NCBI RefSeq assembly: GCF_009914755.1
Contig: NC_060934.1
DNA length: 64,000 bases
Source of the DNA: the human T2T-CHM13v2.0 reference genome, Homo sapiens
Direction: 5' to 3' (one strand)
This document shows positions 42,900-58,949 of this stretch, in pieces (position 1 is the stretch's first letter; every line of letters begins with the position of its first letter). The translations under genes and the position numbers were made by a program. The notes under the pieces were generated by a model. The model saw only the letters and a list, made by a program, of their open reading frames with translations, was not told the origin of the DNA and ran no database searches.

Positions 42900-44885
42900 A
42901 TACATTGTTACTTCCAGGACAGGGCATTTAATTACAGGCATGAGACCCTCCAGAGCTTTCCCTCTGCTATGGTGATGGGAAGCATTCCAGGTAACCCACA
43001 ATGAACATAGAGCATAAGCACAAAAGAAACCTTTGTTCTTTTCAACCATTGAGATTTGGATGTTGTTTGTTACTGCAAAAGATGTTGCTTGTTACTGCAA
43101 AAGAACCTGGCCTATTCCAACTGATAAAGTGAAGTGCTGCTGCACAACAACAAAATGTGGCAGTGGCTTAGAAGCCAGGCAGCAGGGAGTGAAGAAATGG
43201 ATTCTGGAGACTGGCACAGCATTTGGTAAAATGATCATGTATGATAACTTGGAAGGCAGATAATACACCTAAAGAATGAGCAGATCTAGTGAAAGACTTT
43301 GAAAGTCTAATGTTAGTAGCATGTATTCATTACTATTGACTGCATTTTAAAAGGTGTAATGAAAAAAGAGAGAGATGAGCTCTCTCTGGTTTATAGATTA
43401 AAGAAAAGGGAATAGAGTCCATTAAGTTGCACTTGTATGGCTGGAAAAAGCAGCTGCTTCTCCTTCCCAACAAATAGAATGGCTACCACACCCACTGTTA
43501 ACACTCTGAAAGGGTTAAGATGTCTCCAATAAAGATACAGTTGACACTGTGGCTTCTTGGTTAAATCTTTCAATTAGAATAGCTTAAGGGAAAACATGCT
43601 AAACTTGTAGCAGTCTCAACAAAGCCATTAATAAATAAAGGCATGGAAGCACAAATACAAAGGAATAAGCAAATACAAGTATGCCTAGAAGGAATTGAGG
43701 GCTTAATTCTTGGTATATGGAAATAAATTGGAATAAAATAGATGAGAAACCGATTTTCTTTTGAAAAATAATTGTACTGCCAAAGAAACTGCAATCTCAC
43801 ACCTAAAACAGCTGGGAAAACTGTTCAAGACCTAAAAAACCTCTGGAGCCCTCAACTCTCTAAAGTCAGGAAGCAGCTGAGAAGGCTGTTCAGGCTCCAA
43901 CGCAGGCATATTCTCAGTGTTCACTTTAGATGCAATCAGAGAGTCTACTAGGAAATAAAAGATATCTCTCAAGGGGTGGAGCCAAGGGCTGAAGAGAACA
44001 ATGGACTGGGAAGGCTCTTCCAGGGAGAAGAATCAGGACCCTAAAGGACCCTTCTCCACCTACAAGGCAGGGGGCCCAGAGGGATTTCAGAATTGCTTCA
44101 GCATTTTAGAATGACTGAGCACCAGTGACTGCTGGGTATCTCCCATTCACCCCCTTTCTGAATGGGAGTATAGATTAAGTTTTCCAATCTTTGTTTCACC
44201 ATTATATACTAATATACAGTGTGTGGGGGGGTGGTGATGAAGAGCAGATAACTTGCCACTTTTAGTTCAGAAGTCTCTAGATCAAGAGGAACCACATCCA
44301 GAGTTGATGTAGAAATGACTTTATATCATCACCTGAGTAACAGCCTAAATTAGGCATCATCCAGATACTGTGCTGGGTGAGACTTTGGGGCAGTCTCCTT
44401 TGGGGAAGGAATGAATGTATTTTGCCTGTAAGAGGGAGAGTGAGACAAATATCCGGTAACCAGAAGAGCAACCTGTGTCACTAGTGCAGCTGGCCAAATA
44501 TTTCTGGTCTCTTTCTTCCAGGCCCATGGGGTCAGAATGCAACTCTTGGCCATTTTATACTTGAGCTGGGCAATGTTCCTAACCTGGCTGGTAAGTTGTG
44601 AATGGAAATGGTGTACGTCACTTTCAGGCAAGAATACTTGCCTAGAATGAGAATACTTGGCTAGTGTGAGACCCTTCCAGATTCTTTCTGTTACCTTAAC
44701 CAGCAAAAATTAAGACAATTGTTCTATCACCTGGGTCTCAAAGTAAAGATGAATCAGAATGGAGCTTCCAGCCACCTTTCAATGAACTTGTGCTGTAAGA
44801 AATAAACTTTTGTTGTTTTAAGCCAGAGAGATTTGAGGGTTATTTGTTACTACAGAATAACCTTGCCTATGCTGACTAATATACC
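42900..44885 (+). mobile_element. Degraded MaLR provirus: 5' LTR remnant, MLT1-internal sequence, and MLT1I-like 3' LTR (44474-44885)
   Basis: LTR-end motif gagatttg..ttgtttgttactgca near 43050-43125 and again at 44828-44885. Purine-rich tract before the second LTR. Confidence 0.7.
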
Positions 44886-45766
44886 CCTAAATCAAAATCC
44901 TTCACGGTTTTTAAAGCTGGAAAAATTCCCTCTCTAGCAGAACTATATATAGGAACTGTCATGATCACAGACAAACATGTGGTAGCTGAGTGTTAAAAAG
45001 GTATATAGGTCCTGTTATATTTATTTCTGTCTAAAAATTTCTTAAAATACAAACCAAGATTGTCTATCTGGTAGTAGTTAAAACTGAAATAAATCTGCAT
45101 TTCAAATATTGTGGCAAAAACATTTTAAAACTTTATTGGCAGTTGATGTTTTAAACAAAGCCTATTTCTTGAAGGCTTTTTCAGAATTCTAGAATACTCT
45201 CTGGGGGTCATTTAGGCTTCCTGCAGTAGCTATCAAGTATACACAGTGAACTCCAAATAGCCTAAATGAGCAAAGACATGAGGTGAAAAAAACTGAAAAG
45301 ATTTTCTATCAATCGAGGAAACAATTTTAAAAAGCTAAGGGAGCATGGCATGAGAAAATCAACCTCCTCTTGATTTCACAGTATAAACTAAATGTAAAAT
45401 CTGAGTTTCTCTATAACCAGCTGCAGAGCCTTAAGAAGTGTTCCTGGTGAGGCACAAGTGTTCCTGGCGAGTGTTCCTGGTGAGATTCCCTAATGCCAAT
45501 GTCTTCCTGAATGTAAATCAGGCACCCAAGGGCTCAAGATGAGCTTCTGTGGGCATGGATCTGACTCAGCAGCCAGTTGCTGCCATGGAGAGTAACAATT
45601 CTCTCAAGGTTCTACCAAGTTGGAGTTAGGTGTAATTACTATGAATAGGGTGCAGCAGGACTGAAATTTCTTTTTCCAATATTTGTAAAGATTTGTTAAG
45701 CAAATCAACAAGGGGGAAAATGTTTAAAGATCATGTGAGCAACAGAAAAAAAGCTTTAAACACTTC

Positions 45767-46834
45767 TGTTGCGGGAAGTCAGGGACCCTGAATGGAGGGA
45801 CCCTGCAGCAGAAGAACATAAATTGGGAAGATTTCATGGACATTTATTAGTTCCTCAAATTAGTACTTTTATAATTTCTTATGCTTGTCTTTACTGCAAT
45901 CTCTGAACATAAATTGTGAAGATTTCATGGACATTTATCACTTCCCCAATCAATACTCTTATAATTTCCTATGCGTCTTTAATCTCTTAATCTCGTCATC
46001 TTCGTAAACTGAGGATGTATATCCCCTCAGGACCCTGTGTTGATTGCGTTAACTGCACAAATTGTTTATAAAACATGTGTGTTTGAACAATATGAAATCT
46101 GGACATCCTAAAAAGGAACAGGATAACAGCGATTTTCAGGGAACAAGGGAGATAACCGTAAGGCCAAACTGCCTGCAGGGCTGGGCAGAACAGAGTCATA
46201 TTTCTCTTCTTGCAGAAAGCAAATAGGAGAAATATCACTGAATTATTTTCCCAGCAAGGAATAACCCTGGGAAAGGAATGCATTCCCAGGGGGAGGTCTC
46301 TAAAATGGCCGCTCTGGGAGTGTCTGCCTTATGCAGTTGAAGATAAGGGATGAAATACACCGTGGTCTCCTGCAGCGCCCTCAGGCTTGCTAGGATTAGG
46401 AAATTCCAGCCTGGCGAATTCTAGTCAGACCTGTTGTCTGCTCTCGAACCCTATTTCCTGTTAAGATGTTTACCAATGACAATGCATGCCCAGCAGGACA
46501 TGGAACCTCATCAGTAATTCTAATTTCGCCCTGGCCTTGTGATCTTGCTTTGCCTCTCTGCCCTTGTGATCTTTTATTGCCCTTTCAAGCATGTGATCTT
46601 TGTGAATTACTCCCTGTTCGTACCCCCTTCCCCTTTTGAAACCCCTAATAAAAACTTGCTGGTTTTGTAGCTCAGGGGGCATCACAGAACCTGCCAATAT
46701 GTGATGTCACTGCCAGAGGCCCAGCTGTAAAATTTGTCTCTTTGTACTCTTTCTCTTTATTTCTCAGACCGGCCAACACTTAGGGAAAACAGAAAAGAAC
46801 TTACGTTGAAATATTGGGGCTGGTTTCCCCGATA
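45767..46834 (+). mobile_element. MER11 (HERV-K11/HML-8) solo LTR, 1068 bp, antisense to PANK1
   Basis: Starts tgttgcgggaagtcagggaccc, ends gggctggtttccccgata. Perfect 6-bp TSD CACTTC at 45761-45766 and 46835-46840. Internal repeat gaacataaattg.gaagatttcatggacatttat x2. AATAAA at 46647. Confidence 0.93.
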
Positions 46835-46922
46835 CACTTCAAAGATATTTTACACCAAATGAATATTAATTATGTTCAAGTTGCCTAAGGACGTCCACAA
46901 GTTTTAAAAAATTCCTTGTTAA

Positions 46923-47382
<460 letters not shown>

Positions 47383-47529
47383 TTAGGTTGAGTCCAACAT
47401 CCTGTTTACAAATAAGAAAACCAAGACTTAGAAAGATCAAGGAATTGTCCAAGGTTAGTCACAATAGGTATCTGAGCCCATTTTCAGTTTCATGAACCAA
47501 TAAATCCCCATTTTGGTAGGCTGGTCTGA

Positions 47530-47923
<394 letters not shown>

Positions 47924-48456
47924 TAGTCTTTAAATGGAGGTAGATTAACCTATCACTAAAGTTCTGTCTAGTTCTCACATTCTATCATCCTAAATAATCA
48001 TATGCGAAGACCTCCAAAACCATACTTTTAATAGCATGAAACACAGTTGAAAACTTAATGACTATTTAAGGACCTTGAAGAAAGTAGTGAATATAAAATT
48101 TAATAAAAGTGTTTCCCTAATACTGTAAAGAAACCCATAATTATCACACACAGAGCAATCTGTTGAACATTACTCTATGAAAAGAAATTTGAGTCATGGG
48201 TTCTTTCAAATTAATGTGTACCAGATTTCCTTAGTTTGAATTTTAGTTATAAGGTAATTACCCAGTGTTGGCAAGGGTACAAGCTCATATGCTACCACTG
48301 GGAATGTAAACTGGTATAATCTTTCTATGGGTTTATTTGGAAATACATATTAAAAAGCTCCAGATTCCTATACCCTTTGATATGTTGGTTCTATTTTACC
48401 CTAAAAGAAATTATGTGTGCATCCAAAAATTTAGCTTTAAAAAAATACTTAAAATA

Positions 48457-48754
<298 letters not shown>

Positions 48755-49037
48755 TTAAAACATTGAAGTTGTATTTATAATAAGAAAACTAATTTATTGT
48801 ACAACAACAGAGGGCTAATTAAACAAATAATCAAATAATTATTCATTAACACAAAGTGATTTAATTTAACCATTAAAATCACTTTGTAGGACATCATTTA
48901 ATGATGTGAGACAAATGTTCATTATCTATCGTTAGGTGAAAAGGGCAGGGATTAAATGGTACATTTCAGGCGGTTATAATTTTGTCTAAAAATTAAATGG
49001 CTATTTGGACACACACACACAAAACTAGAAACTTTAG

Positions 49038-49426
<389 letters not shown>

Positions 49427-50119
49427 AATTTTTTTTTTTTTAAATAATCAACACACTTGAACTTCATAATCAGAGCTATTTTTAAATTCTTAAAAACTTC
49501 TCTGTAATGATGCAAAAGAAAATGAAATTATTTTAACTTTGCTTCAGTGAACAGATAGCAGGTCTGTGGTCCTGCCCATAGAAAATAATATGCTTTCATT
49601 CCCTAACTCAACAACAGTTCCTTCTCTTCTCATGCAACAGCCTGCCCATATCAAACCAATTATCAAAATCCACTGAACGCAAGCCATCAAGAATGGCAGG
49701 AGTAAGCCCAACTCCCAAGAGCAAAGTTATTCAGCCTGTTAGACGCTTGATACCACAAGGGTTCCCTCAGGGTGGGAAGAGGCTGATTCACTCACCTGCA
49801 CCACGGCCAGGGCAAAAACTGTATGTTAAACTTAGCAATTGAAAATACGCTGAAGAGGACACATGTATGTTTGTGGGATGGAATCGCTGTGGGACAGTGT
49901 ACTGTCACAACCTTGTGTGACAATAATCTTTCTTCCACTGGCACAGCCCCAGATTCCTATCAGCTTTCTCCTCTCGCCCAGACACGGGCTGATCATATTC
50001 TAATATTTGAGAGGGAAAAAGAGAACAGCAAGAATTCCTTTCAGAACTTCTGAGGCATGTAGAAGTATTATCACCGGAGTCACATAGAGACTCAAGTCTG
50101 AATTTCATCACCTCTGCTG

Positions 50120-50372
50120 CTCGGGGTTAACCCATCTGTTAGGTGCAAGAGGCACAGTGGCTAGGACCTGCCATACTTTTAGGCACCCATGAAAATAATT
50201 TATTTTAAAATCAGAAGAAAATATATGAACATTTAGGTTAAGGAAAATACAATTTACTATATAATATTAATACATTCATCTTTACACCAACAATAATAAA
50301 ATATAACTTTTATTTATTTTTTATGGAGGAAGGGGGCCCATGAAGGCAAAAGTACCTAGGCCCATAAAAGGT
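50120..50372. mobile_element. ORSL-like hAT-Tip100 element
   Basis: aggcacagtggctagg...ttttaaaatcagaagaaaa...tttatggaggaagggggcccatgaaggcaaaagtacctagg. Confidence 0.75.
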
Positions 50373-50589
50373 ATCCTCTACATTTTGCTCTACACCCATC
50401 TTCAGGTTAAAACTGACATGATACCATACCACCATCCACTTTGCATTTGCAATGTGAACCTGGTCTCTGTGACTTGTTTACAATCACATTTCCATAAAGC
50501 AACTTAAATTTTACTATTTAGTGCAACTAAATTTTAAAGTCAAAGTTTTAGTTATATTTATTTTTTTTAGTGACTGGCCACATTTAACA

Positions 50590-50765
50590 ACATGGTTTCT
50601 CAAATTTGCCTAATCATAAAAATCACCTAAGGCACTTGTTAAAAATACAGACTCCCAGGACATCACCTAGAGATTCTGATTCAGTGGGATAGGAGTCACG
50701 TCCCAGAAAATGTTTTCAACAAGGGGTCCCTGTAATTCTCACTAGTCAAGTTCAGAACTACTATT
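50590..50765. mobile_element. MER5-like
   Basis: tggtttctcaaa...aatcacct...cttgttaaaaatacagactccc...gattctgattcagt. Confidence 0.75.
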
Positions 50766-50806
50766 CTAGTTGAATCAAAATGAATACTGTAAGTAGCTGG
50801 ACTACA

Positions 50807-51101
<295 letters not shown>

Positions 51102-52205
51102 CTTGGACTATGTTTTAAAAGTGAGAAACTGGAGTTTGTAGGAGTGGCTCTTGCTTGAAACTGAGCAGAGAACTCTGAGGCAGACAGCTGAGGGCAATGC
51201 ACAGCCACCAACTGGCAGGTGTTCCCATTCCCAGACACATCTAATTGCTTGTTAATGAAATTATTTATTGGCAATTTATAACATGAGTGTAATAGGTGAT
51301 TTTCAAATTTTAAATACAGCTTTTGAAGTACTAGGTATTATCCAGCCATGACTAAACCCCATGGCTGTGGTTTAGAAACATTCCACATATAATTAAATTC
51401 CCTAGATGGGCTCCTCTCTCCCCCTGACTGCCATCTTAAAAGTAAGCATACATTCCTCCATAAAGAGGTTAGCTCTAGCAACAGTACTCATGTATTTAGG
51501 TCACGCAGACAGACATTCTTTGATTTGCAACCCACGCGGCTGACCTTGACACAGACAACCATGTGAAATTAGAACAACAAATAGAAACACCAACATGAAA
51601 GCTCTGTTGCTTTTATTTTATTTTGTAGGTTAAGATAAAAAAAAAGAAAAAAAAAAGCTCTTGCAGGGGCAAAGGAAGCCATGTCATTCTGGTAGCACCA
51701 TGAAGTGTATTCTTAGCTTGGATCTGGGCCAGGAGGAAGCAGGAATAAGATGAAGCTAGAGATGAGGAGACCCAAAAATGTCAAATCCATGAGGTTAATA
51801 AAATTTTTTTTCCTTCAGTCTTTTCGTTAAGTCCCTGAGTAGCTCAGTGAGAGTGGTTTCTTTCCCAAGGTCCTGAAACCTCTCCATGTCACCCTTACAA
51901 GAAAATCAGAGAGAAAGATGAGCGTCACTCTAGGGACCAGTGAGCTCACCTTCTCCCCTTCATGCCTACAGTCAAGCTGTGTATTTCTGCTTCAGGGGTT
52001 AAGGAGAGGAAATGGTAGGCAGATGAAATTTGTTTCCCATTCCACAGTTAAGTTCTCACGCTGTGCAGAGGAGGTGGGAGGAAAATACACTTACAGACAG
52101 CTATGGTCATCACTCCTATTTCTCACCAAGAAGCTGTCAGTTCTGCCCAATCTAGAGGCAATAGAAGATGAGTATAAGTATCAACTTTCTGTGTGGTCCT
52201 CAGCA

Positions 52206-52489
52206 TTTTTTTTTTTTTTTTTTGAGACGGAGTCTTGCTCTGTCGCCCAGGCTGGAGTGCAGCTGCGTGATCTCGGCTCACTGCAAGCTCCGCCTCCCAG
52301 GTTAATGCCATTCTCTTGCTTCAGCCTCCCAAGTAGCTGGGACTACAGGCACCCACTACCATGCCTGGCTAATATTTTGTATTTTTAGTAAAGACGGGGT
52401 TTCACCGTGTTAGCCAGGATGGTCTCGATCTCCTGACCTCGTGATCCACCCGCCTCAGCCTCCCAAAGTGGCGGGATTACAGGCGTGAG
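52206..52489 (-). mobile_element. Alu (Y/Sc-like), slightly 5'-truncated
   Basis: Ends at acaggcgtgag. TSD ggtcctcagc on both sides. Confidence 0.93.
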
Positions 52490-53067
52490 GTCCTCAGCTT
52501 TAATTATGCCACTTTCTTCATCAGAAGTAGTCCCTGGACAAAAAAGAAGAGTCCACAGTTTTGACCATGCAGGTGTGCCAAGGGACATGACCACCACGCA
52601 TCTGTGTGGCTGTCTCCAATGTGATCATTTCAGCAACCAGAGCTGAGCACAGCATCCACCCAGGAATGGCTCCTTCAACCTTCTAATGCCCGGCACTAAG
52701 GCTCAAGATGGTAATCTTATTACCTGCTTAAACAAATCCCCATTTAAACCACCAAGAGGTTTAGCTTTCTGTCTTGACAAGTCACCAGAGCGTGCTTGCA
52801 TACTCTAAGGATACTGTTATCAATTTAATACCAGAGCATGGTTAATTAAAGAGGCTTCAGGGAGAACAGCATTGCTGGGTGACATAACCAGGCGGAACAA
52901 CAGGTCTACCAGAAATGGGCCTTGTTCATTTATTTCTTAACTATGAAAGTCTGGCAAATCTTTGAAGTTGAGCTGGGGGGCAGAGGACTGAGGAAAGGTA
53001 TGCCAACTGCTCACATGGCAACACAAGCTGAAATAAACACTTGCTTTAAATAATCTGAGACCAACTA

Positions 53068-53398
53068 CAGTCACTCCTTCATATCTGTGGTTCCAATCAC
53101 GGATTGAACCAACTGCAGACTGAAAATATTTGAAAAAAAAAAAAAAATTCCACGAAGTTCCAAAAAGCAAAACTTAAATTTGCCACGTGCTGGTGCTATA
53201 AAGAATCCATGTGAATAAAGTGATGTGTAGGTATTGTATTAGGTATTAAATCATCTAGAGATGATTTAAAGTATATGGGATGATATGCGTAGATTACATG
53301 CAAATACTACGCCATTTTATACAGGGACTTGGGCAACTGAGGATTTTGGTACCCATGGGGGTCCTGGAACCAATACAATGGATACTGAAGGAAAATCG
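53068..53398. mobile_element. MER2-family (TcMar-Tigger) MITE
   Basis: TA-flanked. ctagagatgatttaaagtata...tcctggaaccaat...ggatactgaagg. Confidence 0.82.
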
Positions 53399-53814
53399 TA
53401 CAGGCTTATTCATTCACTGATTGAACAGGTATTTATTTTGTTCCTAGACGGTGTGAGGCACTCTGCTAAACAGTCAGGATGCGGCAATGAGCCAGCCCCC
53501 TTGGCACTTAAATTCTAGTACACAAAAACTGGTCAGTAATTAAGAGCAGTCTGGGAAGGAGTGAAAACTCTGCTGTGAGTGAAATCCACATTGTCCTAAA
53601 ATCAGACATGACTTAATTAAAACAATCCTTTAATATTTACTAATGGTAGCTCTATGTAGGGCACCCTCCTAAGCATAGTAACTATCACAAAGTCAAGTCT
53701 GACATTCCCTAGCCATCAAAGAAACTTATAATTTCACTAGATATGAGACTAAAACTTATACAAGTTTTAAAATAATAAGATATTAGTGTTGGAGGATATA
53801 AGAGCTCTGGCCCA

Positions 53815-54600
53815 TAACAGGCAAATGAAAAGATGCTCAACATCATTGGCTATTAGGGAAATGCACATCAAAACCACAATGAGATACGACTTAAAACCCA
53901 CTAAGATGGTTACAAGTTTTAAAAAATTGAAAACAAGTATTATGAGGAAGTGGAGAAATAGGAAACCTCACACCACTAGTGGAAATGCTAAATAGTACAG
54001 TCACTTTGGAAAACTGGCAGTTCTGCAAGAGGTTAAACAAAGAGTTACTATATGATCTAGCAATTCTAGTACTAGGTGTATATACCCAAGAGAAGTGAAA
54101 ACTCATGTCCACACAAAAACCTTACATGAATGTTTATAGCTGCATTATTCACAATAGCCAAAAAGTAGAAACGACCCAAATGTTAATCAACTGATGAACA
54201 TGGATAAATAATGTGATAAATCCACCCAATAAAATATTATCTGGCCACAAAAAAGGACAAAATACTAATACATACTACAACATGGATGAATCCTGAAAAC
54301 ACTATGCTAAGTAAAGCCGCCAATCAGAAAAGATCACGTATATGATTTCACTCATTTGAAATGTCCAGAATAAGCAAAACTCTAGAGACAGAAAATAGAT
54401 TAGTTGCCTAGGGTTGGGGATTGTGGGGGAAAAAGAGGAGTGACTGCTAATAATTTTCTGGGAGGGGATAAAATATTATAAAGTTAATTGTGATAGTTGT
54501 ACAACTCTATGAATACACTAAAAACCATAGAATTGCATACTCTAAATGGATGAAATACATGGTGAATGTGAATTATATCTTAATTTTCTCATTTCAAGAT
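53815..54600 (+). mobile_element. L1MB 3' end
   Basis: ORF 53786-53995 (MKRCSTSLAIREMHIKTTMRY) is the L1 ORF2 C-terminal region, followed by a typical 3'UTR. Confidence 0.88.
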
Positions 54601-56382
54601 ACATTTTTAAAACATAAATGCCAATTATACCAGTTCTTAAAGATAATCTTTCTAAAATGCACAACCCACTTCTCCATACTCTTAAACAAAACAGACTGAA
54701 TGAAATTTGAGGTCTTCTTGATGATTCACAGTCAAATGAGAATCAATTATTGTGCTCACTGTACATTGATGTCCTCAGGAATCATGTAAACATGCGCTTC
54801 CCAGGCTGCTATGGTTTGAATCTTCTTTTGTCTCTATTATAGTTTTCTATGTCTTGCTTTTGGGCTAAAGCTGTTAATTTCTCACTGCTGTCAGTGTTAC
54901 TGCAATATATCTATCCAGAACCTGCTGTGTCCGAATGCAGAGAAACCAGGAAAGCAAGTCTGTTAAAACTGCATGTATAGTTATTATTTGTCAATTTAAA
55001 AAATAAAATTAAAAAAGAAGAGTACATAGATTCTGAGGGAGATCACAGGAAGTACTCTCAAGTGTAAGATGCATGAGCACCTCTGACTTTATCTACTTCC
55101 CAACACTGATTTTGATTGCTCAGAAGTGTTTGCTTCCTTCCAGTGCTCAGCTGCCTTCGGGGTTATCACTGGCATCCCCTGAGGTTATAGGCATTGTAGT
55201 TAGAAGTGACAGGCATTGTAGTTACAAGTGAATTTTTTTTTACTATAATAATTTTTATCAAAGGCACAGCTAGATGTAATATCTGACTGAGAAAAGGGAT
55301 TAAAACTTTATAAAATATAAATATGAACATTCAAAATATTTTATTCGCCTGGGATCATTTAGTTTTGGGGCATAGTGTTCTTCCACACCATGAAGAGTGA
55401 GATTTTTTCAAATTCTTTAGCATTGGAACTTTTAAAAGTTCCATCTTAATTCTGAATCCCAGATATGAAAGAGATAAAAGTGACGTCTTATTTGCACTGT
55501 CTCATTTTACAAATCACATCACATCTAATGTAAAGTTAATTAATGAGAACAGTGATGCTTGTTCAACATAAAGGCTGGAAACTGTCCCTTACGGATGATA
55601 GCTGCAGCTTCACGAACTTCACCCATTTATTTCTGTACTTTATTTGGATTACACAATTTGAAGAAAAGTTTGATTCAGAGACAGCAGCTGCAAATCATAA
55701 CTGTTCTTTTGAACAGCTTCCCTTGCAAACTCAGGGATTTCCTGAATCAAAACTGATTCAGTAGTTTGAAAAGATTTACTGAAAATGTTTCAGCTTCTTG
55801 CTGAATACTAAAAATACCTAACAACTCACTTTGCTTGCAACACATATAAAAATCAAACAAAAAACATCCAAACCTTTTGATTAGTGCTAAAACTCTAAGA
55901 CAGCATTACCAGGACTTGACAGGTTACCCATTTACTTGTTATGTAACTGACCTAAGCCAGGGTGAGGGTGAGAGGGTTTGCCAAGAAAATATGTCTAAGC
56001 CTTGACTAAAATTTAATTGAGTGTGGTACACGTGTGCTGAAGTGGTATATATTATCTTATGCAATCTGATGTGGACAGATATATACCGGCCAAACGTTAA
56101 GACTTTAGAGCTACAAACTTGCCAATAAATAGTTTATTTATAAGAATTCAGAAGAAGTTTATTCCAACGACTGTGAAAAATGAGTTAATCCAGCAGCAGC
56201 AGCAACATTATATCAATTAACATTTAGGACATACTATGTGTCAGGCGCTGTGCTAGCAGCTTTCCATGCATTATTTAATTCAGTTCTCATAACCCAATGA
56301 AGTTGGCACTATTATTATTCCCATTTTACAGATTACAAAATTGAGGCTCAGAGAACTCCCTCAAACATTAGGTGATCTCTAA

Positions 56383-56688
<306 letters not shown>

Positions 56689-56784
56689 CTCTAATATGCT
56701 TTGTAAATTATAGCTTTTAAATAGTTAAAAAAAAAATTAAGATTTTTGAATTAAACATTTGGACCCTCTAAAAGTTACACCCAA

Positions 56785-56908
56785 GCTGGATAGGCTGGCG
56801 CATCCCTGTAGTCTCAACTACTCAGGAAGCTGAGGCAGGAGGTTTGCTTGAGCCCAAGAGTTGGAGATTAGCCTGGGGAACACAGCAAAACTGCATCTCT
56901 AAACAAAC
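56785..56908 (+). mobile_element. FLAM / Alu monomer
   Basis: ctgtagtctcaactactcaggaagctgaggcagga...cttgagcccaagagtt. Confidence 0.8.
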
Positions 56909-57856
56909 ATTTTTTTTTACATGCTGTATATAGCTGTTACACAACACATATCCATGAATGAACAAACCCAAATGCTTGTACACCATTACCTAAGACTTTC
57001 CTGTATTACAACCCAGTATAAAAGTTGATATTAATGATGTCCCTAAATTATTAGAATATGTTAAATGAGACTCCCTTGTCAAAGAAGGCAACGATGTATA
57101 AAATGAATCTGAAGCACATTTTCATAAAGCTGACAAAAGTAAACCAGTTCTGGCAGTTTACACAGACAGAAATTCACTGATGTTTAACTAGTTTGATCCC
57201 AGGAATGTTAATAAATTGAGTGATACGGATTCAGGATCTTTTTCTTTCCTCTTGTGGCTAAATTAAAATACAGAGTCCTAGGTCTAAAGATTGCCTGAAA
57301 TTACAAATTTTAGCAACACCCCTTCTTTAAACCCTTGGTTCAATCCTGAATCCAGCAACTCCAGATTTCTAGGCCTGAGGCCAGTCCTATACCCTAATTG
57401 TCTTCAGGAGAGCTAGCTTGCCTGCTCCCACTGGCACCATCCAAATGACTTCAGAGGAAAGGAGAGGGGTGGAATTCTTTTAATACTGTTCTTTAGTTCT
57501 TAATCTATATTTCCAGACAAAAATTATGTAGGAGATACTAATCACTCTTAGTCCAGTGATACTGGGTGATTCCAAAGCAGCTTTTTGGCACAGGACTATT
57601 TCAAGAATGAGGTTTCAAATCTCAGACCATGAAGAAATGGTAAAAAATTAATCATAAACAAACAATAACAGGTATGGGCAAATGAAAGGATTCTCCAGGG
57701 GCAACACAAATCAGGTTTTCAATTATCCACCTACAAATGAGATGTAACAATTTTAATTGTGGTTAGATAACTGAATTTATCTAATTGTGCATCATAAAAC
57801 ACAATAGTCTCAACTGGATATAATACACTGCTAACTTTTACAGCAAATAACAGATT

Positions 57857-57889
57857 GTGTGTGTGTGTGTGTGTGTTTTTTTTTTTTTT
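57857..57889. repeat. (TG)n followed by poly-T
   Basis: Direct reading. Confidence 0.92.
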
Positions 57890-58949
57890 AAAAGGGTTCT
57901 TTTCTTTTGGAAATAAAGACAAAAACATTTAATACTAAACATATGATTTCTGAGGTCTGCTTCAATATTATAAAATTGGACATGATTTGATAATTATAGA
58001 AGCTGAGTGATAAGTACTTGGCAGTTCATTATGCTATATTCTCTAGTTTTGTATAATGTTTAAAATGCAGAAAAAGTTGTTAAAATCCCAACACTTTCCA
58101 AAACGCTCACTCAGGACAATAAGAGGACAAGTGGAACACAGTGACTTTTGGAATAAAAACCATGAGTCTGAATTTGGGAAGTCCCTTTTTTGCCACACAG
58201 ATCCTGCTTATGGAACCAAATATATCAAACTGTTTTCCCTTTAGCTAGGACAAACTTCAGTCTACTTATCCTAACCATAAACATATAATGAAAATATTCT
58301 GGCAACTCCACCCTGACATTTCAGCAGCAATAAATAAATTATAAATCACCCTAGAAAGGTACAAGCCTCAACTAAGGCCAGGTTTATATCTATTTAAGAA
58401 AAAAAAAATTTGGTGTTCCTCAATCCACAATGAACAAATAACTCAAAATAACTGAAGTCATTAAAAAACAAAAACAATAATGAATTATGAAATAAGTGTA
58501 AGTCCAAATTTATAATTTTCCCATGATTAATACTTAAGTGCATGCATGTCTACATATCCATACACATAAAAGCACATGTATTATTTTCTTCTGCTAGCAT
58601 TGATGGAATTGTTAACACCTGCTTGGTCTACCTGCTGGGTAATCCAGCACTAAGCCCAACTACATTTACAGTAGGAATTTAGGAGGCAGGAAGGGAGGAA
58701 AATAACGATGTGATTCCAAAGAAATTCTACCCTCATACCAACCACAGTGACCCCTGAAGTATTTGTAGAATACTTTCTTTCCTGAGAATAAGCCTCCCTC
58801 ATCAAACTTCTCATCTTCAGACATTGTCCTACTTAGCAAAGGACATGTTGACCTTTACTCCCCTTCTCTACCTCAAATGCATCAATAATTCAATTAGTAT
58901 TACTGATACCTGCTGGGACTTTTCTCTGAGCTTCTTCTGTGAACTGTGT

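Noticed and set aside
51918-52388. 156-aa plus-strand ORF and the many similar Alu-overlapping ORFs
   Set aside because: Their C-termini are standard Alu translations ([11 protein letters not shown]..., [10 protein letters not shown]), so they are not genes.
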